The position numbers and the translations under genes are program-made. The notes beneath the pieces were generated by a model that made no database searches, was not told the DNA's origin, and saw only the letters and a program-made list of their open reading frames with translations. Of a stretch of 64,000 nucleotides of DNA, positions 1-8,770 are shown piece by piece. Numbering within the stretch: the first letter of the stretch is position 1; each line of letters opens with the position of its first letter. This stretch comes from Syntrophaceae bacterium (GTDB lineage: Bacteria; Desulfobacterota; Syntrophia; Syntrophales; UBA5619), in the NCBI GenBank assembly GCA_003141195.1, contig PLLC01000088.1:8595-72594 (forward strand), written 5' to 3'.

Positions 1-1591
1 CGCCGTGCGACACCCGGCTGACGAAGTTGAGCATCCGGGCCATGTAGGCATTGACGCAGACGCGGTAGATCTTGTCGGACAGGAGGGGCCGGAAGGCGCC
101 GTCTTCATCCTGGACGGCGACGGAGACGACCCGATCGAAGGGGATCCGGTGGGGATTGAATGTGAACCGGACACCGGAAACCTGCAACTGGGCGTCGTGC
201 TTGATGGGCGCGATCGAGGTCTGGACCTCGAGCATGCTTCGGATCTCCTTCCCGGTCATATAGATCGTGAAGAGGGGATCCCCAGCGCGGTCATCCAGCC
301 CCAAGCCGAGGGAGAGGACCTTGAAGATATCCGCCACGACGATCCCTCCCGTCAGGAAGGTGTCCCGGATCTGGCCGTCGGCTGTCACGGCGATGTGAAC
401 GTATCGATAGTTTTTCCCCTCGGTCTCCTGGACGGCAAACCGGAAGGCGTCGGTGACCAGGTCCCCCAGCCCCGTTTCCATCAGGGTCGTCTGGCGATAG
501 GCCGGGGAAGGCAGGTCGAAGGTGGCCTCGGTGACGACCTGGTCATGGCGGTTCCCATACGAAAGCAGATACCGCTGATCGATGAGCCCTTTGAACGCCT
601 CGATCTCCCGCGCGATTCGGGGATCCTCCGCAACCTCGGGAGACACCTTCTACAGACGATAGGAGGCGACTCGGGCGCCCGCTTCCCGGAAGAAATCGAG
701 ACCCAGGACGCCGAGATACGCCCCGAAACACCCCGCCGAAACGATGATCGTCTTCCCGATGATCATGGGCTCGGGCAGGATGGTGTGGCTGTGGCCGCTG
801 ATAATGATGTCGATCCCGGGGACCTTCCCGGCCAGGATTTAATCCTCGGAGCGGGACTTCACCGGGTTCGTGCCGGCATGGGACAGGCAGACGACGAGAT
901 CGACCTTTTCCCGGTTCCGGAGGTGGTCCACGACAGCCTTGCTTCGTTCCCCAATGTCGGCAAAGGTGACGGGCGAAGCGAAGGGGCTGTCCTCCGCGGC
1001 GTCGCGCCCCATGAGGCCGAACAGTCCGATCCGGATGCCGTTCCTCTCCAGGACGGCGTATTCCGTCACCGGGTACTCCACAAAGGCGGCCTTGAGCGGG
1101 GCGTCCCGCGGATCGTCTTGGGTGAACACCACGTTGGACGCGACGAGCGCCGGCAGGCGGCCGCCCCGGGAACGGGCGGTCCGGAGCATGGCGGCGAGCC
1201 CCGCGGGATGGAATTCGTAGTCATGGTTTCCCAGCGTCGCGGCATCGTAGCCCATCTCCCCCATGAGGCGCAGTTCCAGGGCCTCTTCGCGGAACTCCGT
1301 GTGGAAGAGGGTTCCCATGGCGATATCCCCCGCATCGACGAGCAGACTCCGCCCGGGGGCCTTCGCCCGCTCCTGCCCGATCAGGCTCGTAAGCCGTGCG
1401 TAGCCGCCCTGCGAGGCGTGGCCGCCCCCCGGTTTCGGCACCCGGTCGGAAAGAAAATGGGAATGGAGGTCATGGGTAAACAGGATGGTCAGTTTCCCGC
1501 CCGCATCCGCCGGGACGACCGCGTCCCCGGAAAACGCCGGCAGCAGACAGAACAGAATGGCCATGCCGATCAACGCACTGTATCGCCGCAT
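1..1591 (-). pseudogene. Secreted 5'-nucleotidase / metallophosphoesterase (UshA-like) interrupted by two in-frame stop codons; 3' end runs off the window
   Basis: ATG at 1589-1591 is preceded by a GGGAGGGAAG RBS. Signal peptide MRRYSALIGMAILFCLLPAFSG; motifs FTHDLHSH and GNHDYEF. The same frame continues after TAA (839-841) with ISGHSHT, and after TAG (650-652) with 5'-nucleotidase C-domain-like sequence open to nt 1. Confidence 0.7.
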
Positions 1592-1756
1592 CTCACTTCC
1601 CTCCCAAGTTTTGCTTGAGGATAACAAGAAAGGTGCAGCAAAGTCAAAACGGAACAACCGATGATTTCCTGTGGCGACGTGTGCGCGGAAATTCCGGGAA
1701 CGCCATCCAATCGTCCGGGCGGATCGTCGGGGCGTCCCCCCAAAATCCCTTTCTCG

Positions 1757-1984
1757 CGGCATGATCCAGTTCGGCAGGAAGGTCGTGAACCACAGGATGC
1801 AGGTCGTCAGGAAAAGGACGATCAGCATCGCCGGCGTGCATTTCTCCATCGTGGTCTTCCCCACCGTGCAGCCGACGAAAAGCCCGGCCCCGACCGGCGG
1901 CGTGGTGAGACCGATCGCCAGGTTGACCATCATCAGCAAGGAGTGTCCTGGCAAAGAGGACGTTATCGGCAATCCGTCAGCTGC
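1757..1984 (-). pseudogene. Remnant of the C-terminal end of a TRAP transporter large permease (DctM)
   Basis: Translation SLLMMVNLAIGLTTPPVGAGLFVGCTVGK...FLPNWIMP matches the conserved DctM C-terminus. No upstream DctM sequence is present. It is read in the same frame as the downstream 5'-nucleotidase ORF. Confidence 0.45.
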
Positions 1985-2111
1985 AGTTCGTGCAAAAAAT
2001 GCAACCATTGACCTCTCCTTTTTGAACCATAGAGCCCTTTCTGAACTCGCTCCCGTCGGTCGCATTGCCAATAAATCGGTCGGATATTAGATGCTCATAC
2101 CGGACTTTCTG

Positions 2112-2140
2112 TTGACATCTCTCATAGTCCTGCGTAAATT
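2112..2140 (+). promoter_or_regulatory. Sigma70-like promoter candidate (TTGACA-17-TAAATT) upstream of the selenoprotein gene
   Basis: TTGACA at 2112-2117, 17-nt spacer, TAAATT at 2135-2140, about 30 nt upstream of the AAAGGAGG RBS and ATG 2172. Confidence 0.4.
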
Positions 2141-2171
2141 CGCTTAAAATATTGAACAAAAGGAGGGACCC

Positions 2172-2936
2172 ATGAAATACGTAAAGTATGTCGACGTCAC
2201 CCGGGCGATGTTTCCGGATCAGCCCCCTTACCAGTGGACGGAGAATGTATCCGCGCCCTGGACGCCCATCGTGAAGCCCCTAACAGAGAGCAGGGTGGCG
2301 CTGATCAGCTCCGGCGGCGTCTATCGCAGGGACCAGCCCCCGTTCAAACCGGACAAGAACGACCTCACCTTCCGGGAGATCCCCGCGGATACGGACGTGC
2401 GCGAACTCCGGATCAGCCACGACTACTACGACCACAGCGACGCCGAACGGGATGTCAATTGCGTCTTCCCCATCGAACGGATGCGGGAGTTGGCGGCGGA
2501 GGGGTTCATCGGAGGTCTCTCGGAGGCCCACTTCACTTTCATGGGCCGCATCTTCCGCAAGACCGGGCTCCTGAACGAGATGATCCCCGGCCTCATCGCG
2601 CGCCTGAAGGCGCTCGGAGTTGATCTGGCCTTTCTGGTGCCGGCCTGACCGCTCTGCCATCAATCCGTGGGATTGATCGCCAGGGCCATCGAAGAGGCGG
2701 GGATTCCGACCATCTCTCTTTCCTCCGCCTACGACCTCACCGCCCTCGTGAAGCCGCCCCGGAGTTTTTTCGTGAACTACCCCCTCGGGCACACGGCCGG
2801 CAGGCCCTTCGACCGTGAAAACCAGACAGCGATTCTCAGGAACGCCCTGGGCTGCGCCGGAGAGATCACAGAACCGGGCGCCATCGTGGAGCTTCAGTTG
2901 ATCTGGGACGACCCGTCCTGGCAGGCTGGTGTCTGA
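2172..2936 (+). CDS. Glycine/sarcosine/betaine/D-proline reductase selenoprotein B family protein (GrdB/PrdB-like), Sec encoded by TGA 2646-2648
   Basis: ORFs 2172-2648 and 2667-2936 share one frame and are separated only by TGA. The junction reads LVPA-U-PLCHQSVGLIARAIEEAGIPT (UxxC redox motif, like the U/C region of selenoprotein B). A hairpin follows the UGA. RBS is AAAGGAGG. Confidence 0.7.
2656..2680 (+). promoter_or_regulatory. Candidate bacterial SECIS hairpin
   Basis: GCCATCAATCC-GTG-GGATTGATCGC: 8-bp perfect upper stem, 2 more pairs below one mismatch, GUG apical loop. It starts 8 nt after the UGA. Confidence 0.5.
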
Positions 2937-3061
2937 TGCACGATTCTTGAGGACTTTCTGTCCTTCCCTGTCTCTTCGCAGGGATTTCATGTGCAGGCAA
3001 ATCCGATCCCCCCGGTACCGGGCGGAATGAAAAATTTTCCGGGCGATCCGCCCGTTTGTCA

Positions 3062-3090
3062 TTGACAGCCGGTCGTCCCTCCCCTATACT
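3062..3090 (+). promoter_or_regulatory. Sigma70-like promoter candidate (TTGACA-17-TATACT) for dedA
   Basis: TTGACA at 3062-3067, 17-nt spacer, TATACT at 3085-3090, about 75 nt upstream of the start codon. Confidence 0.55.
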
Positions 3091-3166
3091 ACCGCCATCT
3101 TCGGGCAGGTCTGCGCAAATCCTGCGGAAGAACTTGAATTCACACAGGAGTATAAAAACACAGCCT

Positions 3167-3823
3167 ATGGCGGATCTGCTGATCAATTTCATCGACCTCT
3201 TCCTCCACCTCGACCGGCATCTGGGAGAGCTGCTTCAATATTTCGGCGTCTGGACCTATGTAGTAATCTTCCTCATCATCTTCTGCGAAACGGGGCTGGT
3301 GGTCACGCCGATCCTCCCGGGGGATTCGCTCCTCTTCGGCCTCGGCGCCTTCGCCGCCAACCCCTACCTCAAGGGTCCGCTGGAGGTGGAGTGGCTCTTC
3401 ATCACGCTTTCCATCGCGGCCATCGCCGGAGATTCGGTGAATTATGCCGCCGGCCGGTTCATCGGACCGAAGATCTTCCAGAAGGAGGATGTGCGTTTTC
3501 TCAAGAAAGAGTATCTGGATAAGACCCACCGGTTCTACGAGAAACACGGCGGAAAGACGATCATCATCGCCCGTTTCATGCCGATCATCCGGACCTTCGC
3601 CCCTTTTGTCGCCGGGATCGGCCGGATGACTTATGCGCGGTTCATCGCCTACAACGTCATCGGCGGCATCTCTTGGATCGCCCTGTTCATCTTCGGGGGT
3701 TATTGCTTCGGGAATCTTCCCATGATCCGGAACAATTTCACCCTGGTCATCACCGCCATCGTCATCCTTTCCGTCCTGCCCGGGGTGATTGAATATTTCC
3801 GCCAGCGAAGGCAGGCGACCTGA
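3167..3823 (+). CDS. dedA: DedA family inner membrane protein
   Basis: [12 protein letters not shown]...[21 protein letters not shown]...FIGPKIF...[24 protein letters not shown] are typical DedA/SNARE-associated motifs. ATG 3167 was chosen over the upstream ORF start. Confidence 0.8.
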   Translation: MADLLINFIDLFLHLDRHLGELLQYFGVWTYVVIFLIIFCETGLVVTPILPGDSLLFGLGAFAANPYLKGPLEVEWLFITLSIAAIAGDSVNYAAGRFIGPKIFQKEDVRFLKKEYLDKTHRFYEKHGGKTIIIARFMPIIRTFAPFVAGIGRMTYARFIAYNVIGGISWIALFIFGGYCFGNLPMIRNNFTLVITAIVILSVLPGVIEYFRQRRQAT

Positions 3824-3868
3824 CGAATGAACAAAAATCATTGATCCTTTATTTTATCAGGAGGAAAC

Positions 3869-4738
3869 ATGAAACCGATTCAAAGGGTCTTAAGCCTTCT
3901 TCTCATTTTTTACCTGTTGCTGACACCGATGGCGGCCACGGCTTCCAGCGACAAGAACATCGTCAAGATCGGCAGCGATGTTACGATCGAGAAGGGACAG
4001 AAGGTCCACAGCGTGGTCGCGATCGGCGGCCAGATCACGGTGAGCGGCGCCGTGGAGAAGAGCGTCGTGGCCGTCGGCGGATCGGTGGTCCTGACCAAAA
4101 CGGCCGTCGTGAAGGGGAATGTCATCTCCCTGGGCGGGGTCATCGTCATGGCCAGGGACGCGGAGGTCCGCGGCGACCTGACGGAGATCAACTCCGACAA
4201 CCTCTACGAGACCCTGACAACCGCCCTGAGCAGCGAGTGGGAAGGGTGGTCCTGGATCTTCGCCGTCATCTCGCTCTCCATCTTCCTCGTCATCCTGGTT
4301 CTGGCTCTGCTGATCGCCGCCCTCCTGCCGAAGCCGGTCCGCATCGTCTCGGAGGCGATCCGCGAAAACACCTTCAAGGTCATCCTCTGCGGCATCCTGG
4401 GCCTCGTCCTGATCGCCCCGCTGGCCCTGCTACTCACAATCTCGGTCGTGGGCATCGCCCTGATCCCGCTGGAGGTGATCTTCGTCGTCTGTTCGGTGCT
4501 CCTCGGTTTTATCGCCGTCGGCCAGCTCATCGGCGCAAAGCTCTTCCGCCTCCTCAAACGGTCCGAGCCGGGGATCGTCCGGGAAACCTTCTGGGGGCTG
4601 GTCATCCTCTGGCTGATCGGCTGGATTCCCTACGTCGGCTGGATGGTCAAGGCGATCGCAATCGTGATCGGCCTGGGCGCCACCCTGGTCAGCCGTTTCG
4701 GAACCCATCGGGGATGGGCATGCATCCCCCCGGAGTGA
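3869..4738 (+). CDS. Hypothetical membrane protein: signal peptide, bactofilin-like V-x-G-x-V repeat region, then about 4 TM helices
   Basis: AGGAGG RBS. N-terminal signal sequence, repeated (V/I)xxGGx(V/I) strands, hydrophobic C-terminal half. Confidence 0.6.
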   Translation: MKPIQRVLSLLLIFYLLLTPMAATASSDKNIVKIGSDVTIEKGQKVHSVVAIGGQITVSGAVEKSVVAVGGSVVLTKTAVVKGNVISLGGVIVMARDAEVRGDLTEINSDNLYETLTTALSSEWEGWSWIFAVISLSIFLVILVLALLIAALLPKPVRIVSEAIRENTFKVILCGILGLVLIAPLALLLTISVVGIALIPLEVIFVVCSVLLGFIAVGQLIGAKLFRLLKRSEPGIVRETFWGLVILWLIGWIPYVGWMVKAIAIVIGLGATLVSRFGTHRGWACIPPE

Positions 4739-4972
4739 AAAACAAAGAACCCCTGGGAGGATCAGGGGAACGACCCAAGGATTCACCCGAAAACGACCCG
4801 AAACGCTTTTGGGTTGCAAATGAAATGCGTGTATCACACAGACTTTCGTCCTTGAGAGCGCCGACACAAGCGCCCCGGGATGGCAAGGAAAATTCCTTGG
4901 TCAGACAGCATGGTACGGTCGAAGCGAACGGCGGCAGATCCGCATCACGACAACATTTGGGAGAGGACAAAT

Positions 4973-6325
4973 ATGGGCAAATTATTCGGTACCGACGGAG
5001 TTCGGGGGGTGGCGAACGAGCACCCCATGACGGCGGAAATGGCGATGAACATCGGGCGCGCCACGGCGCATCTCTTCAAGAAGAAGGGACACACTCCCAA
5101 GATCATCATCGGCAAGGACACCCGCCTCTCCGGATATATGCTGGAGAATGCGCTTGTCTCCGGGATCTGTTCCATGGGCGTCAACGCCATCATGGTCGGC
5201 GTGATCCCCACGCCGGGAATTGCCTTTCTTACCGGCAGCATGCGGGCCGATGCGGGCATCGTCATCTCCGCCTCCCACAACCCCTTTCAGGACAATGGCA
5301 TCAAGATCTTCGGCAGCGAGGGGTTCAAGCTCCCCGATGAGACGGAAGCGGCCATCGAGGAGATGATCTTCGCGAACAACCTCCACACCCTCCACCCGTC
5401 TCCCACGGAGATGGGAAAGGTCTACCGTATGGAGGACGCCCGGGGCCGCTACATCGTCTTCCTGAAACATACCTTCCCCAAGGAATACTCCCTGGAGGGG
5501 AACCGAATCGTTCTGGACTGTTCCCACGGCGCCACCTACCGGGTCGCCCCGGAGACCTTTGCCGAACTGGGCGCCGAGGTGTCCACCCTCTTCGACGAAC
5601 CGAACGGCAAGAACATCAACCTCCACTGCGGCTCCCAGCATCCGGAGGTCCTTGCACAGGAGGTCCTGAAGGGCAAGGCGGACGTCGGGTTCGCATTCGA
5701 CGGCGACGGGGACCGCCTGATCGCCGTGGACGAGACGGGAACAGTCCTGACCGGGGACCAGATCATGGCCATCTGCGCCAACCTGATGAAGAAGGAGGGC
5801 AGCCTCACCAACAACCTGGTCGTCCGGACGGTGATGAGCAACATCGGCCTGAGCGTCGCCTTGCAGTCGCTCCAGATTGACTCCATCATGACCCAGGTGG
5901 GCGACCGGTATGTCCTCGAAGAGATGCAGGCCCGAGGGGCCGCGATCGGCGGCGAGGATTCCGGCCACCTGATCTTCCTCCAGCATCACACGACGGGGGA
6001 CGGAATCATCACCGCCCTCCAGGTGGCGGCCGTGATGAAGAAGGAAGGGAAACCGCTTTCCGAACTCGCGAAGATTATGAAGGTCTTCCCCCAGGCGCTG
6101 ATCAACGTGACCGTCAAGTCGCGGCCGGAAATCGCCACGGTACCCGAGATCATGGCCATCATCCAGGAGGTGGAGCGGAAACTGGGGGAGCAGGGCCGGG
6201 TTCTGGTCCGTTATTCGGGGACCCAGAACATGTGCCGGGTGATGGTGGAAGGACCGTCGCAGGAGAAGACCGGCAGGTACTGCCGGCAGATTGCGGAGGT
6301 CGTGGAAAAGAAGCTGAACGTCTGA
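4973..6325 (+). CDS. glmM: Phosphoglucosamine mutase
   Basis: MGKLFGTDGVRGVAN, SASHNP (phosphoserine loop), FDGDGDR, GEDSGH. GGAGAGGA RBS lies before ATG 4973. Confidence 0.9.
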   Translation: MGKLFGTDGVRGVANEHPMTAEMAMNIGRATAHLFKKKGHTPKIIIGKDTRLSGYMLENALVSGICSMGVNAIMVGVIPTPGIAFLTGSMRADAGIVISASHNPFQDNGIKIFGSEGFKLPDETEAAIEEMIFANNLHTLHPSPTEMGKVYRMEDARGRYIVFLKHTFPKEYSLEGNRIVLDCSHGATYRVAPETFAELGAEVSTLFDEPNGKNINLHCGSQHPEVLAQEVLKGKADVGFAFDGDGDRLIAVDETGTVLTGDQIMAICANLMKKEGSLTNNLVVRTVMSNIGLSVALQSLQIDSIMTQVGDRYVLEEMQARGAAIGGEDSGHLIFLQHHTTGDGIITALQVAAVMKKEGKPLSELAKIMKVFPQALINVTVKSRPEIATVPEIMAIIQEVERKLGEQGRVLVRYSGTQNMCRVMVEGPSQEKTGRYCRQIAEVVEKKLNV

Positions 6326-6343
6326 AATAAAGGAGAAAACAAG

Positions 6344-7372
6344 ATGTCTTTCAAGGTAATCATTACCCGGGATTTCGAACAGATGAGTGAAGTCGCTGCC
6401 GGGATCGTTACGGAAAGCATCGCCACCGGCCTGAAACAGAAAGAGGGTTTTACCCTGGGTCTTGCCACGGGCAGCAGCCCGACGGGGCTCTACAAACACC
6501 TGGCCAGGGCGGCCAATGCCGGGGTTTTCGACCCCACGCGGATCCGGAGTTTCAATCTCGACGAATATGTCGGCCTCCCCGGGGAAAACGCCCAGCAGCG
6601 CGCCCTCCATCCGGAGAGTTACGGCTTCTTCATGATTCAGAAGTTTTTCGGCCTCCTGCAGAAAAAATTCCGGGAGGTGAACGTCCCCTGGGGAACGCTG
6701 ATCGATCAGGATCGGCTCATCGCCGAGATGAAAAGCCATCCCAAAGACTGGCAGGCGGAAGGAACGGACAAGGGCAAGTCGATTGTCATCCGGCCGGACG
6801 CCCAGTCGGAGTACCTCCTCTGGATCCGCCGGGAGATCCTGGATGCCTATGGCGACAAGATCGAACGGGCGGGCGGAATCGACCTCCAGGTGATCGGCGT
6901 TGGCGGCCGGGGCCACGTGGCCTTCCACGAATCGGGGATCCCCTTTGCGGACAGCCGGGTGCTCCTGGTCCGGCTCGACGACAACACCGTCGCCAATGCC
7001 GTGACCGACGGCCACTTCGCGAGCCGTGAGGAGAGCCCCCGGTACGCCATCTCCATGGGCGTCGAACTGGTTTACCGGGCGCGAACCGTTCTTCTGCTCG
7101 CGAGCGGCAGCCGGAAGACCGGCCCCCTCGCCGAATCCCTCCTCGAGGATCCTTCACCCATGGTCCCCATCTCCTACGGAAAGGTCTTCGCGCAAAACGG
7201 CGGCCGGCTCCTCTACGTCATTGATCGCGCGGCGGGCAAAAAGATCCTCGCACAGGCGGACCGAATCCGGCAGACAGGAATCAAGATCGAGGACATCAGC
7301 GATTCCGGGGCCGTCCAGCGGGTTCTCGATCTGCCGTTCTTCCGCGATCCGGAAATCGCCCCGCGGGGCTGA
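6344..7372 (+). CDS. nagB: Glucosamine-6-phosphate deaminase / 6-phosphogluconolactonase family protein (long form)
   Basis: LGLATGSSPTGLY, FNLDEYVGL, IGVGGRGHVAFHESG motifs. AAAGGAG RBS. Confidence 0.7.
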   Translation: MSFKVIITRDFEQMSEVAAGIVTESIATGLKQKEGFTLGLATGSSPTGLYKHLARAANAGVFDPTRIRSFNLDEYVGLPGENAQQRALHPESYGFFMIQKFFGLLQKKFREVNVPWGTLIDQDRLIAEMKSHPKDWQAEGTDKGKSIVIRPDAQSEYLLWIRREILDAYGDKIERAGGIDLQVIGVGGRGHVAFHESGIPFADSRVLLVRLDDNTVANAVTDGHFASREESPRYAISMGVELVYRARTVLLLASGSRKTGPLAESLLEDPSPMVPISYGKVFAQNGGRLLYVIDRAAGKKILAQADRIRQTGIKIEDISDSGAVQRVLDLPFFRDPEIAPRG

Positions 7373-7701
7373 CGACGCGACAAAAAGGCGTCATCCGCTC
7401 CCGCATGAAAATCGCGAAAAGGGAAAGCACCGCCAGTTCCTTTGTTACACCTACTTATCAATGGCTTACGATTTTGAATTTTAGTGAGGATTACCACTGT
7501 AATGATTGACCCAGAACGTTGGAATTCAGCGGATCGCTGGAACGAGATGCTAGGCAATACGTGCCTATTGAATTCCTCCAACTTTGCCGCATAGCAAGGA
7601 TATTGTCATGATTCGGCATGCAAAAAATCTCCAATCACTATTGAATGATCACTTGATGCGCTGACTGATTCTTCGTAGGGGTAGCTAACATGCTGAACAT
7701 C

Positions 7702-8400
7702 TCATTCTTTTGAGCAATAAATGAAGTCATACCGTTTATGACTCCCGCCATTCACATGGGACGTCGCCAAAGGATTGGTCTGTATAGGGAGTTTCGATTT
7801 TTGAATATGAATTTTGTAAGCGTCACGCAATGTGTGCACTTTGTTTACGCCAAATATCAGGCTTGCATTAAATCCTTTGTCGCGATTATCCGCAAATTCG
7901 ACTTCGTTATCGTCAAGTGCATCGGTTTTTGGTTCGTTGGCATCGCAGGCAAAGAAATCTAGTGTGTCACCTTTTTCTGCAATAAAGTCTGCGATAGATG
8001 CAAAGTTGCTAGACTTTGCTTTTTTATAGTCCACGCCGGTAAGTGAATGAAAATTGAGTACTGATATTTTTCTTTTTTCAAATTGAATCGTAGAAAACAA
8101 AGTCCTCTCCGGGAAAACGCTGCGATAAATCAGGTCGTAGTGTGCAATTTTTCCTCCGAATACGAAAGTAGCAACCCCCATTGTTCGATTCCTACCTTCA
8201 TATCTACCAGGTCTGCGCAGATCAATACTGTATGCTTTATCGGATGTCATCAGTATTGATGAAATTTCATGATAAGCTTTTTCTGAAACTTCCTGCAAAT
8301 TAACAATTGTCTGCCCCGAAATGCTTTGCGCAATATAACCTGCGATCTTATGGGCAGTGCAGTTAACCGAGATATTCCATTGGATTATTCTGATTTTCAT
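7702..8400 (-). CDS. Endonuclease/exonuclease/phosphatase (EEP) family protein. The ORF ends at TGA 7702-7704, but the frame continues with the catalytic SDH motif (see findings).
   Basis: MKIRIIQWNIS, VNLQEV, FACDANEP and RYDFIY motifs of the EEP fold. AT-rich, unlike the flanks. Confidence 0.6.
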   Translation of the reverse strand: MKIRIIQWNISVNCTAHKIAGYIAQSISGQTIVNLQEVSEKAYHEISSILMTSDKAYSIDLRRPGRYEGRNRTMGVATFVFGGKIAHYDLIYRSVFPERTLFSTIQFEKRKISVLNFHSLTGVDYKKAKSSNFASIADFIAEKGDTLDFFACDANEPKTDALDDNEVEFADNRDKGFNASLIFGVNKVHTLRDAYKIHIQKSKLPIQTNPLATSHVNGGSHKRYDFIYCSKE

Positions 8401-8770
8401 CGCTAAGCGTTTTCCTCCTCTTCTTGATGGATCGAACAAATTATTCTAGAGTTTCCGGCTAACGCCACATTATTTCAACCATGCATCCGTTGGCCCCCGA
8501 TCCCTCATAGAACAAATTTTGCATATCATAATTATCGAGGAAATAACATCAATGATTATGAGTTAAAGTCATGCATTTTCTTCAAGGGCGACGGTTTACT
8601 GACTACAGGAAGGAAGTAAAAAGGACAGTATTCACGGAGATCGATAAACCGAAAGGCTGTTCGCTCTCGGACTTTCGGACACTCTCGCCGTTGCCTTTTC
8701 CACCGTTATCTGTTATGAACACCTTTCACGGCGGATCATCGCGCCGGCAGAGGCAATTCAGGAGAAGACC

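Noticed and set aside
650-841. Stop-codon reassignment (TAA/TAG as sense) or pyrrolysine at TAG
   Set aside because: TAA, TAG and TGA all terminate well-supported neighbouring genes at the expected lengths (pyrG and nadD TAA; purQ TAG; glmM, purL and proA TGA). No pyl genes are seen in the window.
5-1618. 537-aa ORF on the plus strand
   Set aside because: It is antisense to the 5'-nucleotidase reading frame, which has clear catalytic motifs. It shows the Arg/Gly/Pro-rich composition typical of spurious antisense ORFs in GC-rich DNA.
839-2071. 410-aa ORF taken as a single protein
   Set aside because: It is a chimera. A DctM C-terminal remnant and non-coding spacer are read in frame into the real gene, which starts at ATG 1591 with its own RBS and signal peptide.
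7213-7581. 122-aa minus-strand ORF downstream of the EEP gene
   Set aside because: It would overlap the 3' end of the nagB-like gene by about 160 nt, and no motif was recognised.
8440-8770. Purine or ZTP riboswitch upstream of purL
   Set aside because: I could not find the conserved cores (for example CCGCCTGGGC of the ZTP motif, or the purine-riboswitch junction).
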